From the NCBI GenBank assembly GCA_964016885.1, contig OZ024743.1, forward strand, positions 5,332,001 to 5,396,000: DNA of 64,000 nt, given 5' to 3'. The DNA is from Eledone cirrhosa (taxonomy: Eukaryota). Of the stretch, positions 12,600-26,857 are shown piece by piece. Under the pieces are notes generated by a model. It was not told the origin of the DNA and searched no databases. It was given only the letters and a program-made list of their open reading frames with translations. Made by a program: the position numbers and the translations under genes. How positions within the stretch are numbered: position 1 is the stretch's first letter; the number at the start of each line of letters is the position of its first letter.

Positions 12600-12734
12600 A
12601 TATATATATATATATACACACGCATATATATATATATATATACGGCATGAGGAAAATCAGAAAGCTAAAAACATCGTCTATTGAATAACAAGGGAAACTA
12701 TACAAATTAAAGTCATTTTTATTTACAGTACGTA

Positions 12735-13000
12735 AGGTTCGTGATTGTATTCTTTCGGTCATTACCCAAGATTTGTGACCATAGATAAGGGTTGGCACGA
12801 ATTCCGAATTGAAGATAGCGAGCTTGACTTTTACACCTACCTTATTTTGAATACTGAAACTGGTGCATTACTGCACCAGTTCCAGCAATTCTTGCAATTA
12901 ATTCAGCCTCCTGCCTTCTATCAATCAATGAACACGGCCCAGAGATACTTGAATTTCTCTACCTGCTTCAGTTGAACTCCACTGTGCAGGTTTCATTGAG
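12735..13000 (-). mobile_element. Degenerate RTE-clade LINE RT fragment
   Basis: Minus-strand peptides LKQVEKFKYL and PTLIYGHKSWVMTER, typical of the RTE ORF downstream of the RT core. Confidence 0.7.
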
Positions 13001-13244
13001 AGGACGAGTGTTTCAGTTTTTGCAGCACTCGGTATCAAACCTATCAAGTGCATTAATGGTCTTATGGAACGTCATGTATCCCTCAACTCCCGCTTCTAAC
13101 TGTCCCCACCCTACTCCTAATGGCCACCTCTCTAATTACTCATTGATGGATACTCCAAATACCCATTACATATCTAAAGTATTGCAGTTCATACTATTTA
13201 TTGACCGTCGAGAAACCATTTGTAAATATTTGACTATATATATA

Positions 13245-13423
13245 AGGTAGGGTGTGGTAAAAACCAGATAGACTATAACCCACCAGAGTACTGGATACTT
13301 GGAGTAGTAGAGTGGATAATATGAAACGATTCAGGACCCCGACAGTTTCGACAGCTAGATCCCAACTGAGTTCGGATCTAGCTGTCGAAATGGCCGGAGC
13401 TCAGCCGTCAGGGTCCTGAATAT

Positions 13424-13430
<7 letters not shown>
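13245..13430. mobile_element. Fold-back mini-element family A (divergent copy)
   Basis: Homologous to 16108-16291 and 44808-45003. Nested inverted repeats TTTCGACAGCTAGATCC/GGATCTAGCTGTCGAAA and ATTCAGGACCC/GGGTCCTGAAT; TA repeats on both sides. Confidence 0.7.
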
Positions 13431-13469
<39 letters not shown>

Positions 13470-13489
13470 ATGTGTGTGTGTGTGTGTGT

Positions 13490-13824
<335 letters not shown>

Positions 13825-13967
13825 TGTGGTGCTGAGAACGAGGGGACTACTAACGATGGGAATACTCGATGCATGAGGTAATGCAGTGTTCAGTAACCTT
13901 TTTTAGATTTGCTGAACACACAAGCCGAACTTGCTTAGCGCCGCAGTCGGGATGTACATCTCTCCCT

Positions 13968-14023
<56 letters not shown>

Positions 14024-15486
14024 TATATATATATATGACTCCCTCAGTATATTACTGGTATACATCCAAAGCGTCCTCAGTGTATTGTTGGAAATTCGAC
14101 CTCAAACTCCACCAATTATTATTTATTCATCCTGACATTCTACCATTTTTACCAGCCCCGCTGTGTCGCAGACAGCAGACAGCAGACAGCAAATTATTGA
14201 CAAAGGAACACAGGGGACGTCTCTGATTAACAGAGACTGCATTTCTGTTTGGATTCCCACCTGAAGTCTATTTTCATCACATACGTCGCTACCGTTCAAG
14301 AGGAGAAAAATAATATGATCTCTCTGGGATCTCGTCGGTTTGGAATTATATCAACGGAACAGCCTGCCCCTGAAATTAACATGTAAAGAACTGATTGTTC
14401 CACGTACATGTAACCTTAGCATAATTCTCAGGGAGATTCAGCGAAACACAGTATGTGATAAGGGTGATAAGACTGGTAATTTGTAATACAGGTAGCCAAT
14501 CCGACGGTCTTCTAAGTAGTTTCCGTCTACCAAATTTTGCTCACAAATCATAGGTCAATCTGACGCTAAGGTAAATAACACATGACCAATATATCCGGCA
14601 GTGAAATTGAAATAGGGACCTGATAGTTGTGAAACGAACTCCTTAAAAATTTGGACATGCTTCGTCCACAACATTATCACATCCCAGACACTATTAATAG
14701 CTGTCAAATGTCTGTTAAATGTCACCATGAATTAATCGGATTAAAACTGTCCTATAAAAACAACAACAATAACAGAAAAAATATAACATTTTAGAAGGAA
14801 CACTGAACAATGTTGCATGTCAATTAATTCTCATTCGGGCTTGTTCTAAATTAATTGATTAATGAATTTATCCAGTACAAAAGATATATTCTTTGATGTG
14901 CATTTGATTGTTATTAAAAAAAACATCAAAAGGTGTTAATAATACATACCTATGGATTATGTTGGGGGTGGAGGGAACTTTGCATAAATAGATAAGAATT
15001 ATTTCGTTACTTACGTTTGGGAAATCGTTAAAATACTGTCGTTACTACTGCAATATATTTCGTTCTTCAGTTCTTATAATATGTTTAACCTATCAAGGCT
15101 AAGACCATGCTGGAGCACAGCCTTTAATTATACATACAAACACACACACACACACATATATATATAGTGTAGGTATATATGTATATATGTACTTCTCTTT
15201 TTAAAATATCTCTATTTGGGGTTATTATTTATATACTATGATTGGGTTCACAGTTCTTTTGGTAAGTTTCGGTATTCCAAAAAGTCGGCTAATGTTGACT
15301 GCTAGCTAGGTCGTCATGTGACCTAATTTATTTCTTATCATTTATTTAATTTTCTTGTCTTACTTTTTATTTATTTTTCAATGTGGAGGGATGGTGTCTG
15401 ACATTCTTTTCTGCTTCTTCTTCTTCCTTCTCCTCATCTTCACCTCCTTCTTGACTCTCTTCCTTTTTCTCTCACTAACACACACA

Positions 15487-15568
<82 letters not shown>

Positions 15569-15801
15569 TTTCCACTCATTCTCCCCTTTTCTCTAACTTG
15601 AAAACTATGCAAACCAACTTCAATCATACACGATTAAAATTGTACGAAACGACAGACATATTTCATTCTTTAAATTACATTCCTACGATTTGATAAAACG
15701 GTTAACGCCTCTCACAACGAAGTCTTCATATTCCATTGTATATATGTATATATGTATATATGTATATATAAATGTGTGTGTGTGTGTGTGTGTGTTGTGT
15801 G

Positions 15802-15958
15802 TATCGGGTTCAATTGGGGGTAGCCACAGTAAGTAAGGTACTCAATACATAGCAGAGTATAAATATTTAATATAGAAATGGCTTCTACAGGAAGTGTGCT
15901 TTCCTGATGATTTCCTTCGAATGAAACAGTTCTAGTCCTGTAGAAGCCATTTTTATAT

Positions 15959-15965
<7 letters not shown>
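15802..15965 (+). mobile_element. Fold-back mini-element with a hammerhead-like core in its loop
   Basis: Arms about 15862-15892 and 15936-15965. Loop contains CTGATGA (15904-15910) ... GAAAC ... GTC. Leader is related to 34261-34345. Confidence 0.6.
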
Positions 15966-16029
<64 letters not shown>

Positions 16030-16069
16030 GGGCGGTGGAACTAAAGGGTGGGGGACATGGCCAGCCCCA

Positions 16070-16107
<38 letters not shown>

Positions 16108-16109
<2 letters not shown>

Positions 16110-16291
16110 CAAAGGAATTGTGGTAAGGAACCAAATAAACCATAACGCACCAGAGTACTCAATACTTAAGGTAGTAAAGTGGGAAATAGGAAAAAGTATG
16201 ACCCCAACGGCAGAGCTCAAGCTGTTTCGACGTCCAGAAATAGCCGTCGAAACGGCTTGAGCTCTGCCGTCCGGGTCATACTTTTTCCTAT
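16108..16291. mobile_element. Fold-back mini-element family A
   Basis: About 47-bp arms (16186-16232 / 16245-16291) after an ~80-bp leader, inside (TA)n; homologous to 44808-45003. Confidence 0.8.
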
Positions 16292-16650
16292 ATATATATA
16301 TATATATATATATACATGTGTGTGCGTCTGCGCGTATACGCGTGTGTCATGTTTATATTATATATATTTGATATATAATGGACATATAACGTGTTTATAT
16401 AAATATTCTGAATATATTCTTTTATTCATTTATTCTTTTACAAGTTACAGTCACTTACTTGACTGCGACCATGCTGGGGCACCGCCTTGCTTTTAGTCAA
16501 TTGTATCAATTCCGATACATTTATCTTTTTTTTTTGTCTGATACTTATTTTATCGATTTCATTTTGTCAAATCCCTAAGTTACGGGACATAAATACTGAC
16601 ACAGACATAAACGTATCCAACAGGCTTCTGTAGTTTCCATCCACCAAACG

Positions 16651-16822
16651 TAGACTTATTAACTCCCACCCAATTTAGGGTGGGTGAGAGATGTCTTCTC
16701 TTGTGAAAATGGGTATAGCTTTCATTATGTAAAAATCTCCCCATTTTGCCTCATTTCTCCCCGTTTTGGAGCACTTTTGTTCATAGTACTCCCCGCTGGG
16801 TTTTTAGAGATTGGCAGGTCTA
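16651..16822. mobile_element. MITE (copy 1 of 2), probable 6-bp TSD
   Basis: Shares the ~150-bp body with 35474-35670. Ends TAGAC...GTCTA; flanks CAAACG / CAAAAG. Confidence 0.65.
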
Positions 16823-17960
16823 CAAAAGTTAGAAAATACTTGACCAAGGTGGGGCGCAACGGGAAAGCACCTACAACCACGTGGTTAAGGTGAAGTCAAT
16901 CTTTATATGATTTGAAGTAAACATGTTTAGCGCCAGGAAAGAAAAAGTTTTGCCTCATTATGTTCTAAGTTCAAATTTCACCAATTTTGCCTTTTATCAC
17001 TTCTGATTCAATAAAGTAAGTACCAGTAACGTACTGGCGTCGATTTCATTGATTTTACCATCTCCCAAAATTGATGGCCTTGCGCCGAAATTAGAAACCC
17101 AGAGCGATGAGTCGTTAGAGAGTCTGACAAAAGGCTTGGCAACACAATTACAGCTCTTTACATTCTAATTTCAAATCCCGACATCGTCAATGCTTTTCAT
17201 TCTTTCAGAGTCAATAAATAAAGTACCAGTGAGTTCTTGGGCAATTTAATCGACTTGCTCCTCCCTTTATAAATGCTGGTCTTGTGCCTGTATTATAAAC
17301 CACATTATGACTGCCGAGGTTAACTTTGCCTTTCATCCATACGGAGTCGATAAAATAAAGTACCAGTAATGCACTGGGTAATTGCTGGCCTTGTGCCAAA
17401 AGTAGAAACAATTATGACTATTTATTTACCCATGCCCTAATTTCGGCTACAGTCAAAGGTATCTATTAACGGCTGATCAGCTTTATTTACTTTGTGGGGG
17501 AATAATCGATTACATTGATTAACCAAATACTCGGAGAGTTATTTTATCAACTCGTGAAGGATAAACAACAGAGTCGACTTTGGCAGGATTTGAACTCAGA
17601 ACGAAAAGGTTAGCAATTAAATAGCTACAACCTAAAGTTCTGCTAATCAGCCGCCCTAAAAACAGTATTTAGTTCGACTTAAGACATTAGCCTAAAAAGG
17701 TCAGCGATTAAAAAACAAATTAAGGTGTAGTTGATTGAATCGACCCCAGTGAAATAAAAGGAAAACCGGAGTTGATATGAGAGGGCTTTTGGGATGGGGA
17801 TGGGGCGTATGTCTGCCAAGTGGTGAGGGTGGGGCTTACTGTTATGTTAATAGTAACAGCTGACTGTTCTGTTGTGGCTGATATGGTACATAGTAGGAGA
17901 ATGCCTACCTAGTATCTACCATTCTTTACAAGATAGATAGGGGGGAGGGAGAGGGAGAGA

Positions 17961-18012
<52 letters not shown>

Positions 18013-18484
18013 GGGATGGAGATTAGAGGCAGACCGAAGTAGATTATATACTTATATATTATGAACGGCCATTCATTTAAATAACTTCAAGAGGCTGCTT
18101 ATAGTTGAAGTGGTGACTCTAATAAAGATGGAGCATAGGAATGGTACAATATGGGTGGGTATGATAGTAATAGTAACGTGTTGATGGTGGGTTAGGGTGG
18201 TGGTGATATGGTAGTGCAAGAAAAACTGACAGTTATGGAGGGGTGGTGATTGGATAGGTGATAGTGGTGATAGATGTGATGATATTGGTGTTGGTTCTGA
18301 TGACGGCGATATGAGTGGTACTGAGAATAGTGATAAAATTAGTAGCATGGTGGTGGTGGTGATTGCCGTGGTATTGGTGGCGACGCTGAATGGAGGATAT
18401 ATTGCTGGGAGAGTTGTGTCTGTATTTCTGTATTGTCACACCATACACCCAATTTACTGAGGTTCTGCTGTTCCCATTATTTCT

Positions 18485-18572
<88 letters not shown>

Positions 18573-18738
18573 GCAAAGTTAATCCCGCCGAGGTTAACTT
18601 TTTCTTTCATCCTTACGGGGTCGATAAAATAAAGTACCAGTAATACACTGGGATAATTGCTTGCCTTGTGCCAAAAGTAGAAACAATTATTTCTCCACAG
18701 ACATTATAACGCTGTATAGCATGTGTACATGTGAGTGT

Positions 18739-18784
<46 letters not shown>

Positions 18785-19668
18785 ATGTGAGTGTGTGTCT
18801 GTGTGTGTGTGTGGCCAAACATGTTTTAATCAATCCCAGTACTAGGCTGGTACTATATTTATTACAACGATATCATACTATGACTATGGAAAGTCAAGTC
18901 AGAGAAGTATAGCGCAAGTAACATGTCACAGACTCTCGTTACATTAAATATGTTAGCTCCCAGTTATATGTACTTCATATATGATTTCATGCATGCTGAA
19001 AGCGTCCCTAGATAACCCCCTCTTTCTTAGTCCTTTTTTTTTTTTACTAGTAGCAAAGCGCCTTACTGATTTCAGTCAACAATGACCCCCCCCCCCCCCA
19101 CACACACACATACACACACAACACCTTATACTATAAATAACCTTTTTTCTTTCTTAAAACCCTGAGGTGTGTGTCAGCCAAGCACTAATCTGTTTCCTTT
19201 GTTCAGATAAGCAAAGCATAAATGCCAGTTAGATAAATATCACCAGACTTCAACTGAACCCCAGATCTGGCTTTTGTCTTCAAATATTCTACCATATAAT
19301 CGCGGGCTTTTCCTTTCCTTTTCCTCGCGTGGGCTCCCATTTGCTTACAACAGCGAGAGATGCGGAGAGCAGGAGAGATGGAGGCAGTGACAGTTGAAGT
19401 TTGGTTCTTTTGAGTTCGAACCTGATGTATATATGTGTACATAAGAGAGAATGAGTCTTTCCTGCCATCAGTATCTATCAACTCCATTGTCATTGGGATT
19501 AACTTTAAGAATATTTTCTACATTAGTGGTTCCGTACCATCAAAAATTATGACAGGAGCATTGGACATATTTAATTGTTGACGTCCTCCAGAATGGGTAT
19601 GTCATGTATACCAGGATTACTGGGTATATGAATTATCAAACAAACTGAATTTGCGTTTTGATAAATTA

Positions 19669-19850
19669 ATTGTTTCTACTTTAGGCACAAGGCCAGTAAT
19701 TACCCAGTGCATTACTGGTACTTTATTTTATCGACCCCGTAAGGATGAAAGGCAAAGTCAACCTCGGCGGGATTTGAACTCAGATCGTAAAGGGACGTAA
19801 CTATGCTGAAAAGCATGGCGTCCGACCCTCTACCGATACTGCCAATCCAC
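19669..19850 (-). mobile_element. SINE family 1 (young copy)
   Basis: Near-identical reverse complement of the 36616-36800 copy. Confidence 0.85.
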
Positions 19851-19983
19851 TGCGTTTTGATAAATTAATGATTTGCTTAATTGAAACCTTAAAGCTTATA
19901 TTCATTACTGACACGTAGAAGTAATTAAACATAAGAGTATATTGGTAATTTATTTCTAGACTACAATTACTTCAATGTTTAGC

Positions 19984-20600
19984 ATATATGTAACAAATGA
20001 CATACCGGATTAAATATATGTAACAAATGACATACCGGATTAAATATATGTAACAAATGACATACCGGATTAAATATATGTAACAAATGACATACCGGAT
20101 TAAATATATGTAACAAATGACATACCGGATTAAATATATGTAACAAATGACATACCGGATTAAATATATGTAACAAATGACATACCGGATTAAATATATG
20201 TAACAAATGACATACCGGATTAAATATATGTAACAAATGACATACCGGATTAAATATATGTAACAAATGACATACCGGATTAAATATATGTAACAAATGA
20301 CATACCGGATTAAATATATGTAACAAATGACATACCGGATTAAATATATGTAACAAATGACATACCGGATTAAATATATGTAACAAATGACATACCGGAT
20401 TAAATATATGTAACAAATGACATACCGGATTAAATATATGTAACAAATGACATACCGGATTAAATATATGTAACAAATGACATACCGGATTAAATATATG
20501 TAACAAATGACATACCGGATTAAATATATGTAACAAATGACATACCGGATTAAATATATGTAACAAATGACATACCGGATTAAATATATGTAACAAATGA
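19984..20600. repeat. Perfect 30-bp minisatellite, about 20.5 copies (ATATATGTAACAAATGACATACCGGATTAA)
   Basis: Units identical, head to tail, no spacers. Confidence 0.97.
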
Positions 20601-20742
20601 AATAACTATTGAGACACAAATCTAAGATTAGAACCCGGGACCTTGGAAAGTGAACATCGTTGCAACATGACTGAGATAGGACATGTATTGTGTATAAGTG
20701 TGCGTGTGTGTATGTTTATACATATAACTGTTAATAGCATAC

Positions 20743-20832
<90 letters not shown>

Positions 20833-22892
20833 CCAAATATATCAATGCACATTTCGTAATATTATGGTTAGTGGTGATAATTCTGTTTCAATAAAGGTTA
20901 AACAAAAGTAAAATAGCGCGCGCACACACCACACACACACACAGACACACAGACACACACACCACACACCACACACACACACAGACACACACGTGACTCA
21001 CTAATAGGGTGAGCTCAGCATAAAAGTACTTTAGCCCAAAGTAATTGTAAATAGAAATAGATTTAAATAAAGATTATACGACATTTAAAAGTCGTGTCGG
21101 CTACAACTTTTCAATATTTGTTGGTAATGCACAGATTCCTAGATAGGGCTGTCATAATGGTATACTAGACTCTCAGTGTAACAGAACAGTTTATTTCATA
21201 TCTATTAGTTTGTTTTGATACTAAAATCTGAAGCTTCACCATTCCCTTAACATAATTGTTTGAAAAATCATAATCTATTATACAACACGTGGTTGTTAAG
21301 ATCTAAAGTCATATATCAAGATATAATCACTATCAGGTTTTGATAATCCCACTTAGACAACTTAGACATCCCTGAACAGAGACAACGTGAAAATAAAAAC
21401 TACCTGCTAACAACATAGTTATTTTTTCTTTTCTGTGCCAAACATCTGTATCAGCCATGTTATATATGTATTTGGTAGAAGTTTTGATGAAGATGTTCCA
21501 CTCATGAGGAAAATGTTCCACTTAAAACTTAACATACTATAATGATTTAGTTGAAAATATCTAAAGACGGGGTTTGTTAATTTAAATGTTTATAATATCT
21601 TTATTGGTGTACAAATCGTTATGAAAATTTGGAATATTAAACCAAACACTTTAATGTTTAACGGGATGGAGTTATCGTTCTGTTTAGTCATTTTTAAGAA
21701 TGTCTTGCTAATGCGGTTTCATGTGGTACAGGATGTTAAAAGTTAAGTTGAAAAATATGTCTGTACTCAGCAATATAATTATTTTCTATATTCATTCATT
21801 CAGCCATTTTTCATTTTTCTCTTTTTTTTTTTTTTTCTTAAATTCTTTTACTGGTTTTCTCGCAACGAAATTTCCCAGACAACCAGGAAAATTGGTTAAA
21901 GTTTAAGTCAGATACACCCAACTTGGGTATAAAACTACCTTTGACATTCTAGATAAACTATATGTATACGTCTACATACATTGTGGATGTACGTGTGTGT
22001 GAGAGAGAGTGTGTTTTTTACATATGCATGTAAATATAGCTATACAGATAAAAGTGTTTTTATATATCTAGTATCTAGTTTCTGTGTAGTTCGCAGGGCC
22101 GGCACCTCGGTAATTAGTGTCCTGGGCTAACCCTACAACATGCGTTCTCTTTTCCCAAGTAGAATAATTTCGACTTATTGTTTGACAAGCCGACAAATTT
22201 AGTTTTTGGATCTTCTTGTTTTGACAACACAAACAAATAAATTACTAAGCCTGCATTATCCACTACGCAGTTCACCATCACCTACGCAAACTCGCGTGAT
22301 TGTTCCTCCCCATTACACCATATGATCCTATTCACCACTTTCGATATTTCCACAATGCTGCTACGCGGTAAAAATGTTTCGTAATTTATATATCGATCGC
22401 TAGAAATTATTTATATAAGTTAATTGTACAAATTTGTATAAAGCTGAATGTTTAAGCTTCAGTAATGCACCTCTCTGAAGTCTTCGACTATGTTGACTAT
22501 CTAGTTTGCCCAAAGGAAGCACCAGCTCTGGGAATTAACCATATAAGTGACATCTCTCAGTAGAGCACCTGTTTATAGTAATAACCTTTCCAGTTGGTGG
22601 GATTAAACTCAAAACTATACAACAGCGAATCTCTCGTCATGTCTACTGCGTTACTATTGCTCTTTAACTTATAAGCTTTAATGATATCACTCTCTTTAGA
22701 CATTGTTAGACCCAGTGGTTAAGAAAGATAAATATGTTGGTCCCGGTCACAGTACAGAACCGGTGACAGGACATTTCTGCTGGTGGCCAGATACTCTCTA
22801 CCAAAACATGATCGTCCACTATTTTAGAGTTTGTTACAGTTTCACTTTTTCTAAATATCTATTAGAGCAAAATTATAAGCCAGAGCCAGTTA

Positions 22893-23106
22893 ATCTGGCA
22901 GTACCGGTAGAGCGTCGAACAAAATGCTTTACGGCATAGAGTTACGGATCTTTACGCTCCGAGTTCAAATCCCGCCGAAATTAGCTTTACCTTTTATCCT
23001 TATGTGATCGATAAAATAAAGTACCAATAACACGCTGTGGTTGATTTAATCGACTTTCCGTTTCCCTTCAAATTTCTGGCCTTGTGCCAAATGTAGAAAC
23101 AATTAT
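22893..23106 (+). mobile_element. SINE family 1
   Basis: A-box-like TGGCAGTACCGGTAGAGCG, B-box-like GAGTTCAAATCCC, family 3' end GGCCTTGTGCCAAATGTAGAAAC. Confidence 0.8.
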
Positions 23107-23668
23107 TAGGGCTGAAACTGGTAGACTTGATAGACTATGGACAAAATGTAATATTTAGTTACATTCCTTTACATTCTAAGTTCAATTCTCACCTAGGATC
23201 ACTTTGTTTCTTAGCCTTTCAGAATAATCTTCAATCATAAAGTCTTGGAAGTCCCAATGAATGGCATTTTGGGCAAGTATATTTAATCGTAGCCTCGTTT
23301 GATAGTGAAATTGAGCAGATGAAATCTGCTTAGAAATTTCTCGGATGGAGTTTATCTACATTTCAAAGGTCCAACCTTGCAACACACTGTGTAATGCTTA
23401 TTCTGTCACAGGATTACGTTATTGGTACACGAGTCTGTGAAATACTCAGGCATATACATGCTAGATCGATGAACTGTCAGTTCAGTTGATCGAACAATTG
23501 AACAATTGAACAATTGAACAATTGAACACTCATCGTAGAAACAAATAGAGAACCATTTAGTCAACTCTCCAAAGAAATTCGTGGCTCTGTGCCTATGTTA
23601 GAAAAATATTATTATAAAATTATTAATAAGTGTATAATCGTGAAAGATTTACTTAAATTGCGACTCAC

Positions 23669-23926
23669 CTTTTGCTTCCGACTCTTCTTCATCATTAGCA
23701 AAAGCCCACTCTCCTACAAATTTAGGCCACGTATGTCTACTTCGCAACTTGTTACCTTCGTACAATTTACTGAGTGGTGAGGGTTGCTGGTTTTTAACTT
23801 CTTCTTCTTCTTTCTCTTCTTCAACTATTTTCTCCTCGATTGTTGGGAACAAAGAAGGGTAAGAGACAATCCGACGATTAGGTGACGAAGATTTCCTCCG
23901 TTTCGGGCTCCGAGAAGTATTTTTAG
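23669..23926 (-). CDS. Internal exon of the host Ig-domain protein gene (Ser/Arg-rich then Glu-rich segment)
   Basis: Strong acceptor (T)n-CAG and donor G|GTGAGT; 258 bp, phase 1-1. Open frame KNTSRSPKRRKSSSPNRRIVSYPSLFPTIEEKIVEEEKEEEE...EEESEAK, phase-compatible with the Ig exon. Confidence 0.75.
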
Positions 23927-24515
23927 CTGAAAAAAAAAAAAATAATAAAGAAAATCAAAAGTTGGAAACTCCCATCAAATAACTTGTTGTATTATACGTT
24001 ATTTTTTACTTAATATTTTCTTATTCGCTCGTTCTCGCTCTGATCGATCGACAAGATCCCAGACCTCATTCGCTTATCGTGTGGGGTGGACCTCGTCAAA
24101 TCGGACCAAGGAAACAATGTTTCCATTGATCTTTCTATTGCTGATACTATCTACCAGTCGCAACTCCTGGCAGAAGGAGCAACGTGAAATAAAGTGTCTT
24201 TCTCAAAGAAACAACACATCACCCGGTCCGAGAATTGAACTCACAACCTCACGATTGCGAATCCAACTTTCTAACCACTAAGCCACGTGTTTTCTTATTA
24301 CTTATTTATATTTTAGTAGAATAAGTAATTTACAGATTTCTTTCTCTAGGTGACGAATGGTTTAAGCTGAATCAGTAGGATATAATCGGGAATCGAAATT
24401 GAATCGTGAATTCGATTCACCGAAAGCTTATCTCTTGTGTGGCAGTCGACTATCAGTTTATAAGTGATGAGGATAATCAAGGAATTATTTTTTCGTCATT
24501 ATTTTAATATTATTA

Positions 24516-24705
24516 AGGGCGGTGGATTGGCAGTATCGGTAGAGGGTTGGATGCCATGCTTTCTAGCATAGTTACGTCCCTTTACAGTCTGAGTTCAAAT
24601 CCCGCCGAGGTTAACTTTGCCTTTCATCCTTACGGGGTCGATAAAATAAAGTACCAGTAATGTACTGGGTAATTGCTGGCCTTGTGCCTAAAGTAGAAAC
24701 AATTA
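24516..24705 (+). mobile_element. SINE family 1 (full length)
   Basis: GGGCGGTGGATTGGCAGTATCGGTAGAG ... AGTAGAAACAATTATT. Confidence 0.85.
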
Positions 24706-24760
24706 TTTTAATATTATCAAAGCTATGAAAACGACACACATATTGTAATAGTTATATGGG

Positions 24761-26857
24761 GATCTTGGAAAGTCCATTGTTGAACATAGGCCTTCCCTGA
24801 GTTGCGATCTTGGAAAGTCCATTGTTGAAAATAGGCCTTCCCTGAGTTGCGACCTTGGAAAGTCCATTGTTGAACATAGGCCTTCCTTGAGTTTCGATCT
24901 TGGAAAGTCCATTGTTGAACATAGGCCTTCCTTGAGCTGCGACCTTGGAAAGTCCATTGTTGAACTAGGCCTTCCCTGAGCTGCGACCTTGGAAAGTCCA
25001 TTGTTGAACATAGGCCTTCCCTGAGTTGCGATCTTGGAAAGTCCATGGTTGAACATAGGCCGTCCCTGAGTTGCGACCTTGGAAAGTCCATTGTTGAACA
25101 TAGGCCGTCCCTGAGTTGCGACCTTGGAAAGTCCATTGTTGAACTAGGCCTTCCCTGAGTTGCGATCTTGGAAAGTCCATTGTTGAACTAGGCCTTCCCT
25201 GAGTTGCGATCTTGGAAAGTCCATTGTTGAACTAGGCCTTCCCTGAGCTGCGACCTTGGAAAGTCCATTGTTGAACTAGGCCTTCCCTGAGTTGCGATCT
25301 TGGAAAGTCCATTGTTGAACTAGGCCTTCCCTGAGTTGCGACCTTGGAAAGTCCATTGTTGAACTAGGCCTTCCCTGAGTTGCGACCTTGGAAAGTCCAT
25401 TGTTGAACTAGGCCTTCCCTGAGTTGCGATCTTGGAAAGTCCATTGTTGAACTAGGCCTTCCCTGAGTTGCGATCTTGGAAAGTCCATTGTTGAACTAGG
25501 CCTTCCCTGAGCTGCGACCTTGGAAAGTCCATTGTTGAACTAGGCCTTCCCTGAGTTGCGATCTTGGAAAGTCCATTGTTGAACTAGGCCTTCCCTGAGC
25601 TGCGATCTTGGAAAGTCCATTGTTGACCTAGGCCTTCCCTGAGTTGCGATCTTGGAAAGTCCATTGTTGAACTAGGCCTTCCCTGAGTTGCGATCTTGGA
25701 AAGTCCATTGTTGAACATAGGCCTTCCCTGAGTTGCGACCTTGGAAAGTCCATTGTTGAACATAGATCTTCCCTGAGCTGCGACCTTGGAAAGTCCATTG
25801 TTGAACTAGGCCTTCCCTGAGCTGCGACCTTGGAAAGTCCATTGTTGAACATAGGCCTTCCCTGAGCTGCGACCTTGGGAAGTCCATTGTTGAACATAGA
25901 TCTTCCCTGAGCTGCGACCTTGGAAAGTCCATTGTTGAACTAGGCCTTCCCTGAGCTGCGACCTTGGGAAGTCCATTGTTGAACATAGATCTTCCCTGAG
26001 CTGCGACCTTGGAAAGTCCATTGTTGAACATAGGCCTTCCCTGAGCTGCGACCTTGGGAAGTCCATTGTTGAACATAGATCTTCCCTGAGCTGCGACCTT
26101 GGAAAATCCATTGTTGAACTAGGCCTTCCCTGAGTTGCGACCTTGGAAAGTCCATGGTTGAACATAGATCTTCCCTAAGCTGCGACCTTGGGAAGTCCAT
26201 TGTTGAACATAGATCTTCCCTGAGCTGCGACCTTGGAAAGTCCATGGTTGAACATAGATCTTCCCTGAGCTGCGACCTTGGAAAGTCCATGGTTGAACAT
26301 AGATCTTCCCTGAGTTGCGACCTTGGAAAGTCCATGGTTGAACATAGATCTTCCCTAAGCTGCGACCTTGGAAAGTCCATTGTTGAACATAGATCTTCCC
26401 TGAGCTGCGACCTTGGAAAGTCCATTGTTGAACTAGGCCTTCCCTGAGCTGCGACCTTGGAAAGTCCATTGTTGAACATAGGCCTTCCCTGAGCTGCGAC
26501 CTTGGAAAATCCATTGTTGAACTAGGCCTTCCCTGAGTTGCGACCTTGGAATGTCCATTGTTGAACATAGGCCTTCCCTGAGTTGCGATCTTGGAAAGTC
26601 CATTGTTGAACATAGGCCTTCCCTGAGTTGCGATCTTGGAAAGTCCATTGTTGAACATAGGCCTTCCCTGAGTTGCGATCTTGGAAAGTCCATTGTTGAA
26701 CATAGATCTTCCCTGAGCTGCGACCTTGGAAAATCCATTGTTGAACATAGATCTTCCCTGAGCTGCGACCTTGGAAAGTCCATTGTTGAACATAGATCTT
26801 CCCTGAGCTGCGACCTTGGAAAGTCCATTGTTGAACATAAGCCTTCCCTGAGCTGCG
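24761..26857 (-). repeat. 44/45-bp tandem satellite (about 47 units) derived from the 3' end of an RTE LINE ORF
   Basis: Unit CTTGGAAAGTCCATTGTTGAAC(A)TAGGCCTTCCCTGAGYTGCGAY. Minus strand encodes RSSGKAYVQQWTFQG and is contiguous with the RTE remnant at 26812-27090. Confidence 0.93.

Noticed and set aside
19203-19493. 96-aa ORF / possible host exon with an AG acceptor near 19422
   Set aside because: No recognisable domain; the phase-1 frame needed to follow the 23669 exon closes after about 25 codons. Cannot be supported without RNA data.
19984-20600. CRISPR-like array of 30-bp repeats
   Set aside because: Units are head to tail with no spacers, no cas genes, eukaryotic context.
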